A stretch of 64,000 nucleotides of DNA from Anolis carolinensis. Lineage: Eukaryota. The notes beneath the pieces are model-generated. The model was not told where the DNA came from. It worked only from the letters and a program-made list of their open reading frames with translations, and ran no database searches. Made by a program: the position numbers and the translations under genes. The DNA lies in NCBI RefSeq assembly GCF_035594765.1, contig NC_085843.1, forward strand, positions 57,582,201-57,646,200. Direction: 5' to 3'. This document shows, one piece after another, positions 23,070 through 34,880 of the stretch. Positions within the stretch are counted from its first letter, which is position 1; the number at the start of each line of letters is the position of its first letter.

Positions 23070-23987
23070 CGTGAAATATTTAATGTGCTGATTTATGTAA
23101 GGTCCATAAGAGAAAGAACAGTAGTGAAAAAAATTATACAGAACAAAATAGAAATGCAAAGATGCTAGGGAAGAGGAAGATATTTAACAAAATATCTGAA
23201 GATGGGATATTTAGATAGGAGATATTTTCTTCTTTCTGAAAAACCAACTTTTATAAATGTTGAGTTTTACTTTTCTTCAGTTTTTGCTGGCGTTCTATTT
23301 CCCCCTTGCAGTTTACAAATTGTATAGCTAAATGAGCAATTTGATTAGGGCATTTCAATTTCATGCCATGATATTGAAGGTCATGAATTTAATCCTCCTC
23401 AAGTCATTGTCACCATTTCTGCAAGTGTCAATAAATTAAGCAAAACAACATTTTTGGTTAGTAACTAAGTATCTTCTTCAGAAAGAGCCCCAGATTTCCT
23501 TTCAAGCAAAACAAATTGTGTTGATATAGTAGAAATAATCACTATTAGTTTGTTCAAGGACTAATCACAAAGTATACTTCTCTATTTTCTCCCCTCTAAG
23601 GTTTATTTTATCTCTTTTGTCTTTAGAGAAAATAGTTCTAAAGCAATCTAAACTTTCAATAAGGGTTTTAAAAACCTCCAGGAAATCCTTAACATTTTTT
23701 CTGCTTTTAACACACAATACCTAAATGCATTTCTGTTTTGAAATTTTATAAATATTTTTGAAATATTGTTACATCTTCTAGGTGCTGATAGAGAGAACAT
23801 CAACCCCAGCTAGATCTCAGTGTCTGCTACCCTTTTGTCTGAAGCTTCTTAAGAACAAAAGGTTCTGTGACCAGATGATGAGAAGTATTTATGGCTATTC
23901 AGTTGTCTCCTCCATTGTTACATTTGTTACTTTACAGAACATACAGAGTTTATCTTAGCACAACATTTTTTTTAAGAAACCTAAGAG

Positions 23988-24121
23988 CAGTGGTTCTCAA
24001 CCTGTGGGACCCCAGGTGTTTTGGCCTACAACTCCCAGAAATCCCAGCCAGTTTACCAGCTGTTAGGATTCCTGGGAGTTGAAAGCCTAAACATCTGGGG
24101 ACCCCCGGTTGAGAACCACTG
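23988..24121. mobile_element. hAT-type MITE
   Basis: TIRs cagtggttctcaacc ... ggttgagaaccactg with a palindromic interior. The right TSD is disrupted by the adjacent SINE. Confidence 0.85.
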
Positions 24122-24125
24122 ACTA

Positions 24126-24575
24126 ATTTATTTATTTATTTGTTTACAGTATTTATATTCTGCCCTTCTCACCCCGAAGGGGACTCAGGGTGGATCACAA
24201 TGTACACATACATGGCAAACATTCAATGCCATATGAACATAGAGACAGAGACACAGAGGCAATTTAATATTCTCCAACTTCCAGCTTACTGAGGGTATGC
24301 TCAATTCCGGCCATAGGGAGAGCAGCTGCTTCATCATCTACTGTGACACTGAGTCCTTGATGGATATTTCCTCATTCCAAATGCTGCTGGATTATTTTTA
24401 TGGAGTTGTGAATTAGTTAAATTAGCCTCCCTGTATAAGCAATACCTAATTTTTCTACTTGATAGATGCAACTACCTTTTGGGTTGCTTAGGTCAACAAC
24501 GAGCAGGGCTATTTCTCAATGGTCAGGTTCTCAGTCCGCCATAGGCTGGCTTTGAACTCATGACCTCTTGGTCAT
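24126..24575 (-). mobile_element. tRNA-headed SINE with an L2-like tail
   Basis: On the minus strand: head tgaccaagaggtcatgagttcaaagcc (B-box), tail gatccaccctgagtccccttcggggtgagaagggcag, then (TAAA)n. Confidence 0.75.
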
Positions 24576-26214
24576 AGCTGAACTCTCATATCAAGACTAC
24601 ACCAGAGGGAACCATATTTTAAAGATCAACTTTATTAGATGTATGCTTGAAATTGCTAACGATTTTGCTGGCTCCTGGAGGCTCCAGCAGTTTAGGCTTT
24701 TTGTCTGTAATCACTTAGCAAAAGTTTCTTAAGTCATGTATCCTGAAGATACTTACTGGAACCTGTGTTACAGTCTTTTAATTTGGATAGTGACTTAAAT
24801 AAAGCCTAAGGACTTATTGAACTCCTACTTGAGGGGTTCTAGATGGGTTTAAGAAGTCATACAGCAAGTGTGGGTGTTTGAAGTACTTCTTTCCAACCCT
24901 GCAAATCTTACAACACCTTCTTAGTATTTAGATTTCTCCTCCTTTGGACAAGGTGTACCTTAATACATATTGATACACATGTCAATGGACAATGCCATTC
25001 TACTTGATGATCAGACTGGATGTCAAAGAATGTACATCCCTTTTTTCCAGCCATAAAAGAATTTCCTCATGCATGCATGCCTTACAAATAATGTTTGCAT
25101 TTTTACCTTCCAATCACAAAATTCAGCACATAGAATGAAAACCAAGTAAGCAATAATAATCATGTGTTTATAAAAGGACAGTGTTTTCCCTAATGGATCA
25201 TCTGAAAATATTATAAACATGTTATCTAGTTTGATCACGAGGCTTCCTTTCTTTATACGTCAGGAATATGGGACCAAAGGTATAATATTATGCATTTATT
25301 ACCAAACGAGTTAGCTTGATCCAGAATTTAGTTTGATTATAGTTGGACAGGGTTTTTTTTCCAGTCACCAGTGGAACATGGGAACAAACTGAAATTGCTT
25401 TTTTCCCATTTGGAATTAGATCATTTTGGGGACAGAGCCATTCCTGTGGCAGTAACACACTTATTACAAAATCACTTTATATGCCATAACAGCTATATTC
25501 TGTATAACTGGAAGGGTATTGTTTTTGTTTGATTGCATTGGCATTGGGAAGAAGATGAGAGAGGACTAGAGAGACATAGATTATTGGTATTGGGCTGCAG
25601 CAGCATTCCTGCAGTAAATAGTACAATAAATAAAAACTGGGCTGGAAAAGTGTATTTTTTTTCCTCCAACTGAAATTGTGGTTATCTTGGATCAAACAAC
25701 CAAAGCAATAAGTAGCAGCCTCCACAATCCCATATCAGCAAAACACAGGAAAAAGGAGTAACCCTTAAAAAAATCATAGATCTATAAACACAGCCACCAA
25801 AATGATAATCTTAAGAAAAGTGGAGGCTGGTGAAAGAAAAAGTAATCTCTGGTGCATTTTAGAAGTAGCCTTTAAAGGATCTCTATTCCAAGTCTTTTTG
25901 CTCAAACTTACTTGACTTGGTTGTTTTATTTCACATGAGTGTGAATACTGTTAGTTCAGAATAAAATGTTTGTTAAAACATGCTGTGTGCTTCTTTTGTG
26001 ACGCTTCTGTTCTTTCCATTTTATTTCTGCCTTTAGAACTAAATTTTGAGTTAAAGAAGTACTTTCCAGGACCAAAGTTACTTTGTTAATTGAAGAACAC
26101 CTGTATTTTGAACGTAGACTAAGGGCATCATAGGATGAAAATTATTATTATTCCTTTTAGTTGAAAAAGAAAAATCATCACAACACATTTTACAGCCAGT
26201 TTCCCTGGTCACCA

Positions 26215-26617
26215 CCGTGTTTCCCCGAAAATAAGACAGTGTCTTATATTAATTTTTGCTCCCAAAGATGTGCTAGGTCTTATTTTCAGGGGATGTTTTA
26301 TTTTTCCATGAAGAAGAATTCACATTTATTGTTGAACAAAAAATGAACATTTATTATATGCTGTACAGTAGTTGTCATCACAAACCAACATAACCAGACA
26401 AACTCTTAATCCTATCAAGAATTTCTTGTTACTACCATTTTTTCCATGTACAACTGGTATGTACATTTACCAATCCTGGTGTTCTGTTTGGCGGGCATGC
26501 TTCCAAACAAAAATTTTGCTTGGTCTTACTTTCAGGGGAGGCCTTATATTTAGCAATTCAGCAAAACTTCAACTAGGTCTTATTTTTCGGGGATGTCTTA
26601 TTTTCAGGGAAACAGGA
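26215..26617. mobile_element. Mariner/Tigger-type MITE
   Basis: Termini ccgtgtttccccgaaaataagac ... gtcttattttcagggaaacagg, with repeated ggtcttattttcagggg subterminal motifs. Confidence 0.75.
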
Positions 26618-27670
26618 TATGCGTCCTGTTTGGTATGTGTGCGTCCACACACATACCAAACACCTCTTGGGTGGAGATTTGTTTAGCACAAATACTTTTA
26701 GAATTTACACCAAAGGTGCATCTATACTATAGAAGCAATGCAGTTTGACACCACTTCAGCTGCATGGCTCAATGCTATGGAATATAGGGGATATAGTTCA
26801 CTAAAATATTAGCATTTTTAAACTGTTCAAATATTTTAAAACACACTGCTGTATTTATTTAGTTTATATATTTTATGTTAAGAGGATTCACATTGATGAT
26901 CTTGCTGTCATTCTTTCAGCAACCACATAAAGTATATAAATATTATTATGTTCTGAATTTATAGTACAGGTAAAATTGCATATATGAATGACATATACTC
27001 AAGGAATTAAATGCAATGCAAAACAAACAAATATATGCACTCCTTTTGTTATAAACACTCAAAGAGCAACATTTTCAAACTCCTGAATGGTCACATGTCA
27101 TGCTTTCTGCTAATGAGGGGATTTATTTGCTAATCTTGACCAATGTGAGGTCTGGTGTAGGCCATGCCCGCAACAGGGATGAAAGTATCACCAGATGCTT
27201 CCACCTAAACACAGGAGGCTTCCCATGTTGTGCTGACTCCAACGGAGCCAGCATGGAGGCTCCCCACAATGGCGACAGTTTCCCCATGTCATGAGGAAAG
27301 TCTTGCAAGAGGAAGTTGCACATGGGGTGACAGATTCACCCTGCTGCTCCCTCTTTCCTCCCAAAAGCCCAGCAAAGTGGGATGTTTCACCAGGCCTTTC
27401 TGATGAGGTCCCTAAAATAAATACTAATAAGCAAACAAAAGCAAAACCAAACCTCTCCCAAAGTGCTACAATATGAGAAAAATAAAGCAAAATATGTGGC
27501 TTTCAAAAGAAACATTTACTGTTACATATTTAGTAAAAGATTTCAAACAATATGTTGGCTGTACTTAAAACAAGGCAATAAGATATATATCACATAATAG
27601 TACATTAGTTTCATATATAAAAAAGTGTATGATTTTTGCTTCAGTAATTGAAAAATTCAAGCATACTCAC

Positions 27671-27820
27671 CTTTCTTGTCATCAAAATACAAGGTCTGTT
27701 GAGCTGGATTTGACCACTGGAGGGAGGTGTTATCATTTTGATCAACCCTACAGGTCAACGTTGCTGTTTCACCTTCAATAACTGTAACATTCTGTGTAAG
27801 TGGAAACTGTCCTTGGCTGC
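27671..27820 (-). CDS. CADM2: CADM2 (SynCAM2/Necl-3) internal coding exon, N-terminal half of the Ig V domain
   Basis: The minus strand reads ttcttctgtAG|gc agc caa gga...aag aaa g|GTgagt: 150 nt, phase 1-1. It translates as (G)SQGQFPLTQNVTVIEGETATLTCRVDQNDNTSLQWSNPAQQTLYFDDKK, almost identical to the recalled vertebrate CADM2 sequence. Confidence 0.96.
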
Positions 27821-28531
27821 CTACAGAAGAAATGAAGAAAAAGGTAAAATTACATTACACATTATAGGGCTATGTTGAGAACTGGAGCTTCCCAGAAGCG
27901 ATCACTGTACAGTAAGCATTTTGTTATTTCCTAGTAGTGGGTAAATAATTCAAACATCCCGTGAAAACATGTTACAAGTGATTACCACAAAGCAATGGTT
28001 TGGTAAGGTGAATCTTGATATTTGGGTACTTAGAGTCAGTAGTTCAATATACCACAGCTCCCACCGTAGAAACAGATGAGTGGATTGCATGGATTCCTGC
28101 ATCATCTTGGACAGGATGGCCCATGTGGTCTCTTCCAACTCTATTATTATATGATTTTATCTGAGTTCATGTGAACACTTAGCTACAAAGTAGTCAGTTG
28201 AACATATTAGCTGTGATGCTTCCTTCTCTACATTTTGAAAAGTAAGGTCTTCTCCTCACAATATGCTATGCAGCAGATGACAACATTTTTCCACCGCAAA
28301 TTGACTCACTGACTGCTGTTGAAGCACTGTAAACTTTGGAATGGTTTTCTTACAAATTTACAATCCTAGTACAGGAACTATGATTCCAATCAAACTAGAT
28401 AGTGCTCTTAGCAATCAGTGTTTGTGTTGCTTGCATCTAAATTTGTTAAATTGTTTTACAGGTCTTTCTGACTCCTAAACAAGAATTGTCTCTTTTCCTG
28501 TACTCCTCCCAAAATTAAATGTCTGAAGTAC

Positions 28532-28585
28532 TTTCTTCTTTTCTTTTCTTTTCTTTTCTTTTCTTTTCTTTTCTTTTCTTTCTTT
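28532..28585. repeat. (TTTTC)n microsatellite
   Basis: Directly visible. Confidence 0.9.
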
Positions 28586-29814
28586 TTTGCAGAGGGGAGG
28601 CAATATAGACCACACAAACGTTGGCCAAGTGGGTTGAAATTATCCAATGTAAGTTTTAATTAGGTTTGGGCCTGGATCAGTTTGATCAAAAGTAATTTGT
28701 AATATTCAGTGGTCTGTTTTGTGTAATCCCCCAAAAACAGAATGGGGAAGAGGGAACCAAAAAGCTGGGCAAAATGGATCAAAAGAGCCGGATTTATTGG
28801 CTACTAGAGAGGATAGTTAAGTCTGCAATATACCTGAGGCAGGGGTCTGCCGTGGGGCTCCTGGATAAAATGGGATTACTTGTAGCATCTTTTCTCCTTC
28901 CCTGACAGCAGAGTGTCCATTTCTTTTGGAAACGTTCCCTAGGCAACTCCTCCAGAGGGGCCATGCTGGGAACATGTTTTCCCAACAGCACTTGCATGGG
29001 GTGAGCACTGAAAAGTGTCTGAGTTCTGCTTGGAGCATGATGGGAGTTGAAGTTTCTCTCTCTCTCTGTTTCTCAGCCAATAAAAGGCCTGGCTGTGTCC
29101 ATGCTCTGATTGGCTGTGAATGGACACAACCAGTGACTGCAATTCCCAGAACCCTCTCTTGCGGTTTGTCTTATTTTTAAAAAATATTATGTAAAAACTT
29201 AAAATAATTGCCAATGGACCAAATCTTTGCCGAATGAAAATGGCAACATTCCTCCCAATTCGAGTAACTTCCCGGTAAACAGAATGAGAGGTTAGTTGAA
29301 AATGGACCCTAAAATGGCATGCCTTTTGGCTGAACTGCACAAGCCTAGTTACAATAATTTGTGTATGTTTTGTATTCTTTGTTGATAAAGACATTTACAT
29401 TATAGAGATATGGACTCCACTAGCACAGAATGCTAAAGAATTTTCCAAAGTACAAATTCTAGGATTCTATAGGATAGAGTCATGGTTGTTAAAGTGCTTT
29501 CAGAATGTAGATGAGCTCTAACAATGTACATGAAACTATCAATATTTATCATCCACACAGTATTCACTTTTCAGGCTAAGAACTAGAGAGAAATATAAGA
29601 CATTATCCTCATCATTACCACTATCATTGTTATCACCACCATCTTTTTCCTGATCCAGAGCTCAAAATGTTTTTGAAATATGCTTTTTTGTTAAATAAAA
29701 AGGAATTATATGACTTGCCAAACAAGAAGAGACTTGCTTCATATATTTTATAATTTATCCCCCTAATATAATAAGTACCTTAGTTTTTTGGGGGTGAAAT
29801 CAATAAGTTTTATA

Positions 29815-29821
29815 TATAGAT

Positions 29822-29872
<51 letters not shown>
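29815..29872. repeat. (TAGA)n microsatellite
   Basis: Directly visible. Confidence 0.95.
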
Positions 29873-31718
29873 CATACATGCCATACATGTTTATTCTGCC
29901 ATATTATCTTCTCATAGGAAAACAAATGTCACCAATAAAAGCCAAGATTTCTTCTTATATTTTTGATGAACTATTTTATGAAGAAATTGGAGGGGGGCTG
30001 CCATATTTAAAATTAGATATTTTAAATATTCTAAATAATTATGGTGCTCAAAAGTACATAGCAGATAATAAGACATGATCTTTGCCTTTGATAATTTATT
30101 CATTTTTACTGATTAATGATTTTATCTACCATGTTGATGCTTTAGTTAATGTTCATGGCTTAAGTCACACAATGCCTTTTTTACAAAAATATTATTCAAC
30201 TCTCATAATTGAAATATGTTGTTATTTTGTAAATGTATAAATATTACAAAAATATTTACATTGCATTGAGAAGCAAAATACTGTGATTATTATTTTGAAG
30301 ACCATGGTATTTCAATGATTTCATCCAATATTTACAAAGCACAGGAAGAGAAAATTTTATGTTTTAAAGGCAGGCCTTAAAAAAAGACTAATGAGTAATT
30401 AGTATGTTCTGCCTTTACTTCAGATGACTAAATTAAAGGCTTTGAAGAATTACCTTGGTTTTTGGGTCTCCATCACAAGGGATTTTATTTGACTTGCCTT
30501 CCATTTCTATTAACTGTCTTTCCACCATCTGCATGTATTTTAATTGCCTCTATATTGTATTTACTTTAAACCACCAAGATGATCTTTTAGATTGTATGTA
30601 TGTGTTCCATTGCAGATATTTAGCATCATTTCAATCCATTTCTATGTAGCAAAACACTTCAACATGATGATTTTAATTTCCCAAATAACATAGTTATTGG
30701 TCTTGCTGGTGTGCACCCTGGCCTGCAAAATATCTACCAATATGGAAATGCTGATCGACCGAGAGTCTCCCTGATGAATTAGTTTTGCAAGCTGCTCATG
30801 AATCTAGCAGATGTTTATGTTGTCTAGGCCAGTAGAAACCTTATGGACCCTTTCCCTACTCCTCCTCCCAGGAGCAAATGTCAGCACAACAGAGATTTGG
30901 AACCATGCCATACAGCACCGCAGACAGAAAAAGCTGTCATGGAATACAGGCATGGCGCTGTGTACTAATTTTATTGGTTTATTGGTTGTTTGGTTTTAAT
31001 AAGATAAACTAAAAACTGCACTGCTCATCATGCTAATTACCCATTTATGTTTTATGACACTTCTATTCACTACTAATTCTGGTGCAAGGCATTATAAAAT
31101 ACAAAAAACAACACTGAAGCAGAGAAAACAAAAACTGGGACATTAACCTGCAAACCAATCATGGCCTTAACAATTGTTTGTGAAACAAACAAAGAAGTTC
31201 TGAGTGGAACAAAACATTTACTCTGTAAACAAGGAATAAAGAAAGAGAAATGTCAAGCTGAGAAATTTTAAAACAGAAAATGAGCTTATGTGGCTTGTGT
31301 AATCAAAAAGAATCTCTCTGTTCAATATTGATTGCCCAGTAATTTCTGCTCATTGCAACAAATGAGGTATTTGTTGGGCATCAGCAGAAGTGGCCAGAAG
31401 AATTGTTTCTATAATTATAAAGAGATGAGGATGTGGATGGCTCTGATTCAAATCAAACTGTTTTGCTAGTATAAAATACTGGATGTAAGCTGAATAAATG
31501 TTCACAAGCCATTTGGTGACAAATATCTTGTTAGTTATAGTTATGGCTATCCAAAGTAATTTTTGCTAAAACCCATAACTGCACTGATGTCTGAGTTTTT
31601 TTGTGCCTCTGGCACAATTCATATAAACTTTAAAAGAGCTCTGCTACAGCAAGACAAGATTTCTCTTTTCCAGCATTTTTCCACACAGGAAGGCCAAAAA
31701 TAACCAAGAAACAATATA

Positions 31719-32711
31719 CAGCAGAACCCCATTTATCCGATTTAAACGGGCGGCCCGCAAGTCGGGTTACCCACATTAATCAGATAAATCAATTGTAGGC
31801 CCAGGCGCCTAGCGGAAGGAGGAAACTTCTCCCTCCATCAGGCGCTTGGACCCAGGAAGCGTGAGGCATGCCGCTGCTTAGCAACATGACTCACGCTTCT
31901 CTAAAGGCCCAAGCGCCCAGAGGAGGGAGTAGTTTCCTCCCTGCTCTCAGCGCTTGGGCCCAGGGAAGCAGGCCACGATTGCAGACCGCTTCCTCCTGCC
32001 TCTCCCTCTCGCGAGAAGGAGCTCATTCACAGACAATATTCAGTATGGTTCATTTCTGTGAGTGACAGCAAGGGAATTACAGTAAAACCTTGGTAAGCTG
32101 AGCCCCGGTGAATCGAGTCTCTGGATTATCCGAGGGGCCGCCACCCCCCTCCCCCTCTCCTCCCCCTCCCAAAGGAGCCCTCACCCCTTGGAAGGAGCCC
32201 ATGAGTGCCGCTGCCTAGCAGCGCTCGTGGGCTGCTTCCCAAGAGGTGAGGGCTCGGCCCAGGGAAGTAGGCCATGAGCACTGCTGCAGCAGTGATCGTG
32301 GGCCGCTTCCTCCGGCCTCTCCCTCTCCTCTCGTGGGAAGGAGCTTCTTCACGTGAGAGGAAGAAGAGGAGGGGCGCTTCCCTCTCCTCTCGCAAGAAGG
32401 AGCTCCTTCTAGCGAGAGGAGAGGGAGGGGCAGGAATAAGCGGCCTGCAATCGTGGCCTGCTTCCCTGGGCCCAAGTGCCAAGCGGAGGGAGGAAACTAC
32501 TCCCTCTGTTTGACGCTTGGGCCTTTAGAGAAGCACGAGGCATGTCGCTAAGCAGCGGCATGACTTACGCTTCCCTGGGTCCAAGTGCCTGACGGAGGGA
32601 GAAGTTTCCTCCCTCCACTAGGCACCTGGGCCAACAATCGGTTTATCCAATTAATCCGGGTAACCCAAGTTGTGGGCCACCCATTTAAATCGGATAAACG
32701 GGGTTCTACTG
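31719..32711. mobile_element. Foldback-like Tc1/mariner/Tigger non-autonomous element with ~305-bp inverted arms
   Basis: TA|cagcagaaccccatttatccgattt ... aaatcggataaacggggttctactg|TA. Arm 31719-32024 is the diverged reverse complement of 32400-32711. Confidence 0.88.
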
Positions 32712-34744
32712 TATTTGAATTTTGACAATTTACAACTCATTTCTGATTTTCACATATAATTCTTCTGTGGCTACAGCAAGATTAAAATAGAATAGGAAAG
32801 GATGCTATTGGTTAATTAGAAAAGAAAAAAAAAGTTTTACTGGTGTTTGCAAAGCTAAACTGTATATATCTATGAGAGAAGAGAAAACAATAGCAAAATA
32901 TAAGAAACGAGTAACTATATTGATAAAATGCATTAAACCAATTTTCTGGACCAGTGAACTCATATCAGAAATTGCCTCTCACACTAAAATGCTATTTCTT
33001 TTTTTTCTGCTGAATAATCTTTTAGCAAAACATTTTACATCATAACCTTTGAATTATGTTGGAGGTGACCTGGTGCTCAATGTCATGTTTATTTTTTATT
33101 GTAGGCTACTATGCAGCAAAGTTATACTTTTACTTTATGAACTATGAAGAGGCAAATTAAATTTTGGGCAGATTAAATTGGAGTTGTCCTCATGATTTAA
33201 AGTCACTCTGTAGCACTTTTCACTGCCTAGGTATATTGCTGGCTGGCAAAGGAACATGGTGGACTTCTGAAAAACCATTCAAATGTCTATAGTAATTTAA
33301 CACAATTTGTCATTGCTCAAATATTTAGAATCTTGGTATTTGTAGTTTGATAAGGTATTTAGGATTCTTTTTGTCAGAGAGATCTAATCCACTCTCCTGA
33401 ACTACTAAATACTAAATTCTGGAAGAGAATTTGAAGTACTTCACTTAGGATGAATTTACACCAAATCAATAAATGTGATATCAGACTGCTGTAATTGTGT
33501 AGTGTCATTAGTGTGGCTACAATCTGAGCTGGCGTCCAAAGAGTGTATGGACAGTTAATTTTAAAAATTAAATGGTTAAATTGCATCCTCCCTCAGTATA
33601 TAGTTTTCATCAGCAAGCATTACAACAGACATTCACTGAGTTGCTTTCCCAAGGAAACATATTCACCTCTAAAATGCCAAAAGAGTTTCGGGTCAAGGTC
33701 CTACACCTGGAGATCTATTATGTAGCAATGTCTCCATAGCCACATTTTCTAATGGTAGCCTCACACAAACCCACTCAGTAAGCTGTGTAGCTTCTACTTC
33801 CCCACATATTTTTCTGAGACAGACACAATATGACAAGCAAGTGCAAAGGCCTCTAGATGCCATACAGATTATGTACTGGCAGCACAATCACCTATGGAAA
33901 TAGCTGGATGTGTCCCCACAGATCCCCTTGTTATCCAAAAACATGAACACTAATGCGGTGGAGAATCACGAGATGGAGGGTTTGGGCAGGAATATTGATT
34001 GTTGAGTGGCTGGTTGAGAATTCAGACTTCCACAATGACCAAAAAAGTGAATTGCAATGGCTAAGTCCAACCTATGTCATTAAAATTCAGCAACAGGATG
34101 CAAGCTACCATTTGTTACTTTTTAAAATAAATACAGAAAAACAGATTATAATAAGTAAGACCTTTGTATATTTAAAATTAGATGAGAGAAGTATGGTCAG
34201 AACACATCACACCAATGATACCGAAGAACAATGTACAGATATAACACTTGGAGAGTTACACCTTGAGTGTTTTTCTTATACTGTTTTAAAAAATGCTGGA
34301 CCTTTATATTTTAAATGTTTTATTGGAAACTTAAACAGTTCTTAAACTTTAAACACGGAATCAGCCTTATAAGAACAAATTGCTCAAGAAACCCATTAGA
34401 AAGAATACATTCTTATCTTTATGTCATTGCTACCTGTTGTTGTAGCACTGTTAAAACATCCCACTGGTGTACTTCAGAAAATTTCTGTCTAATTTACAGA
34501 AAGTATCCATTATAGATGGTTGCAATGGGGCCCTTTTGCACTACACAATTATGAAATGTAGCAACATTCAATGGAATCCTAGGGGCTTGTAGTTTGGTCA
34601 CCGGACTGAGAAATTGAAACAACCCACAAACAACTACACATTTCAGTTTTCCACTGGATATTTGCCATGGTATTTAAAGTGGGGTCATTAAACTATGTGT
34701 AAGGCTCTTGGATTCTGTATGAACAATGTGGACAGTGAAGCTTA

Positions 34745-34880
34745 GGCTGGATCTACACTGCCATGTAATCTAATTTCTGGATCCATATTAACTGCATTGA
34801 ACTGGATTCTATGAGTCTACACTGACATATAATCCAGTTGAAAACAGATAATCTGGATTCAGAAAATGGATTATATGGCA
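34745..34880. mobile_element. PIF/Harbinger-like MITE (partial)
   Basis: ggatctacactgccat...gaactggatt...ccagttg...gattatatggcag; same family as 12478-12647. Confidence 0.6.

Noticed and set aside
1-27660. Next CADM2 exon (ALRDNRIELV...) and, on the other side, the signal-peptide exon
   Set aside because: Not found by eye. They probably lie outside the window, and a tblastn search would settle it.
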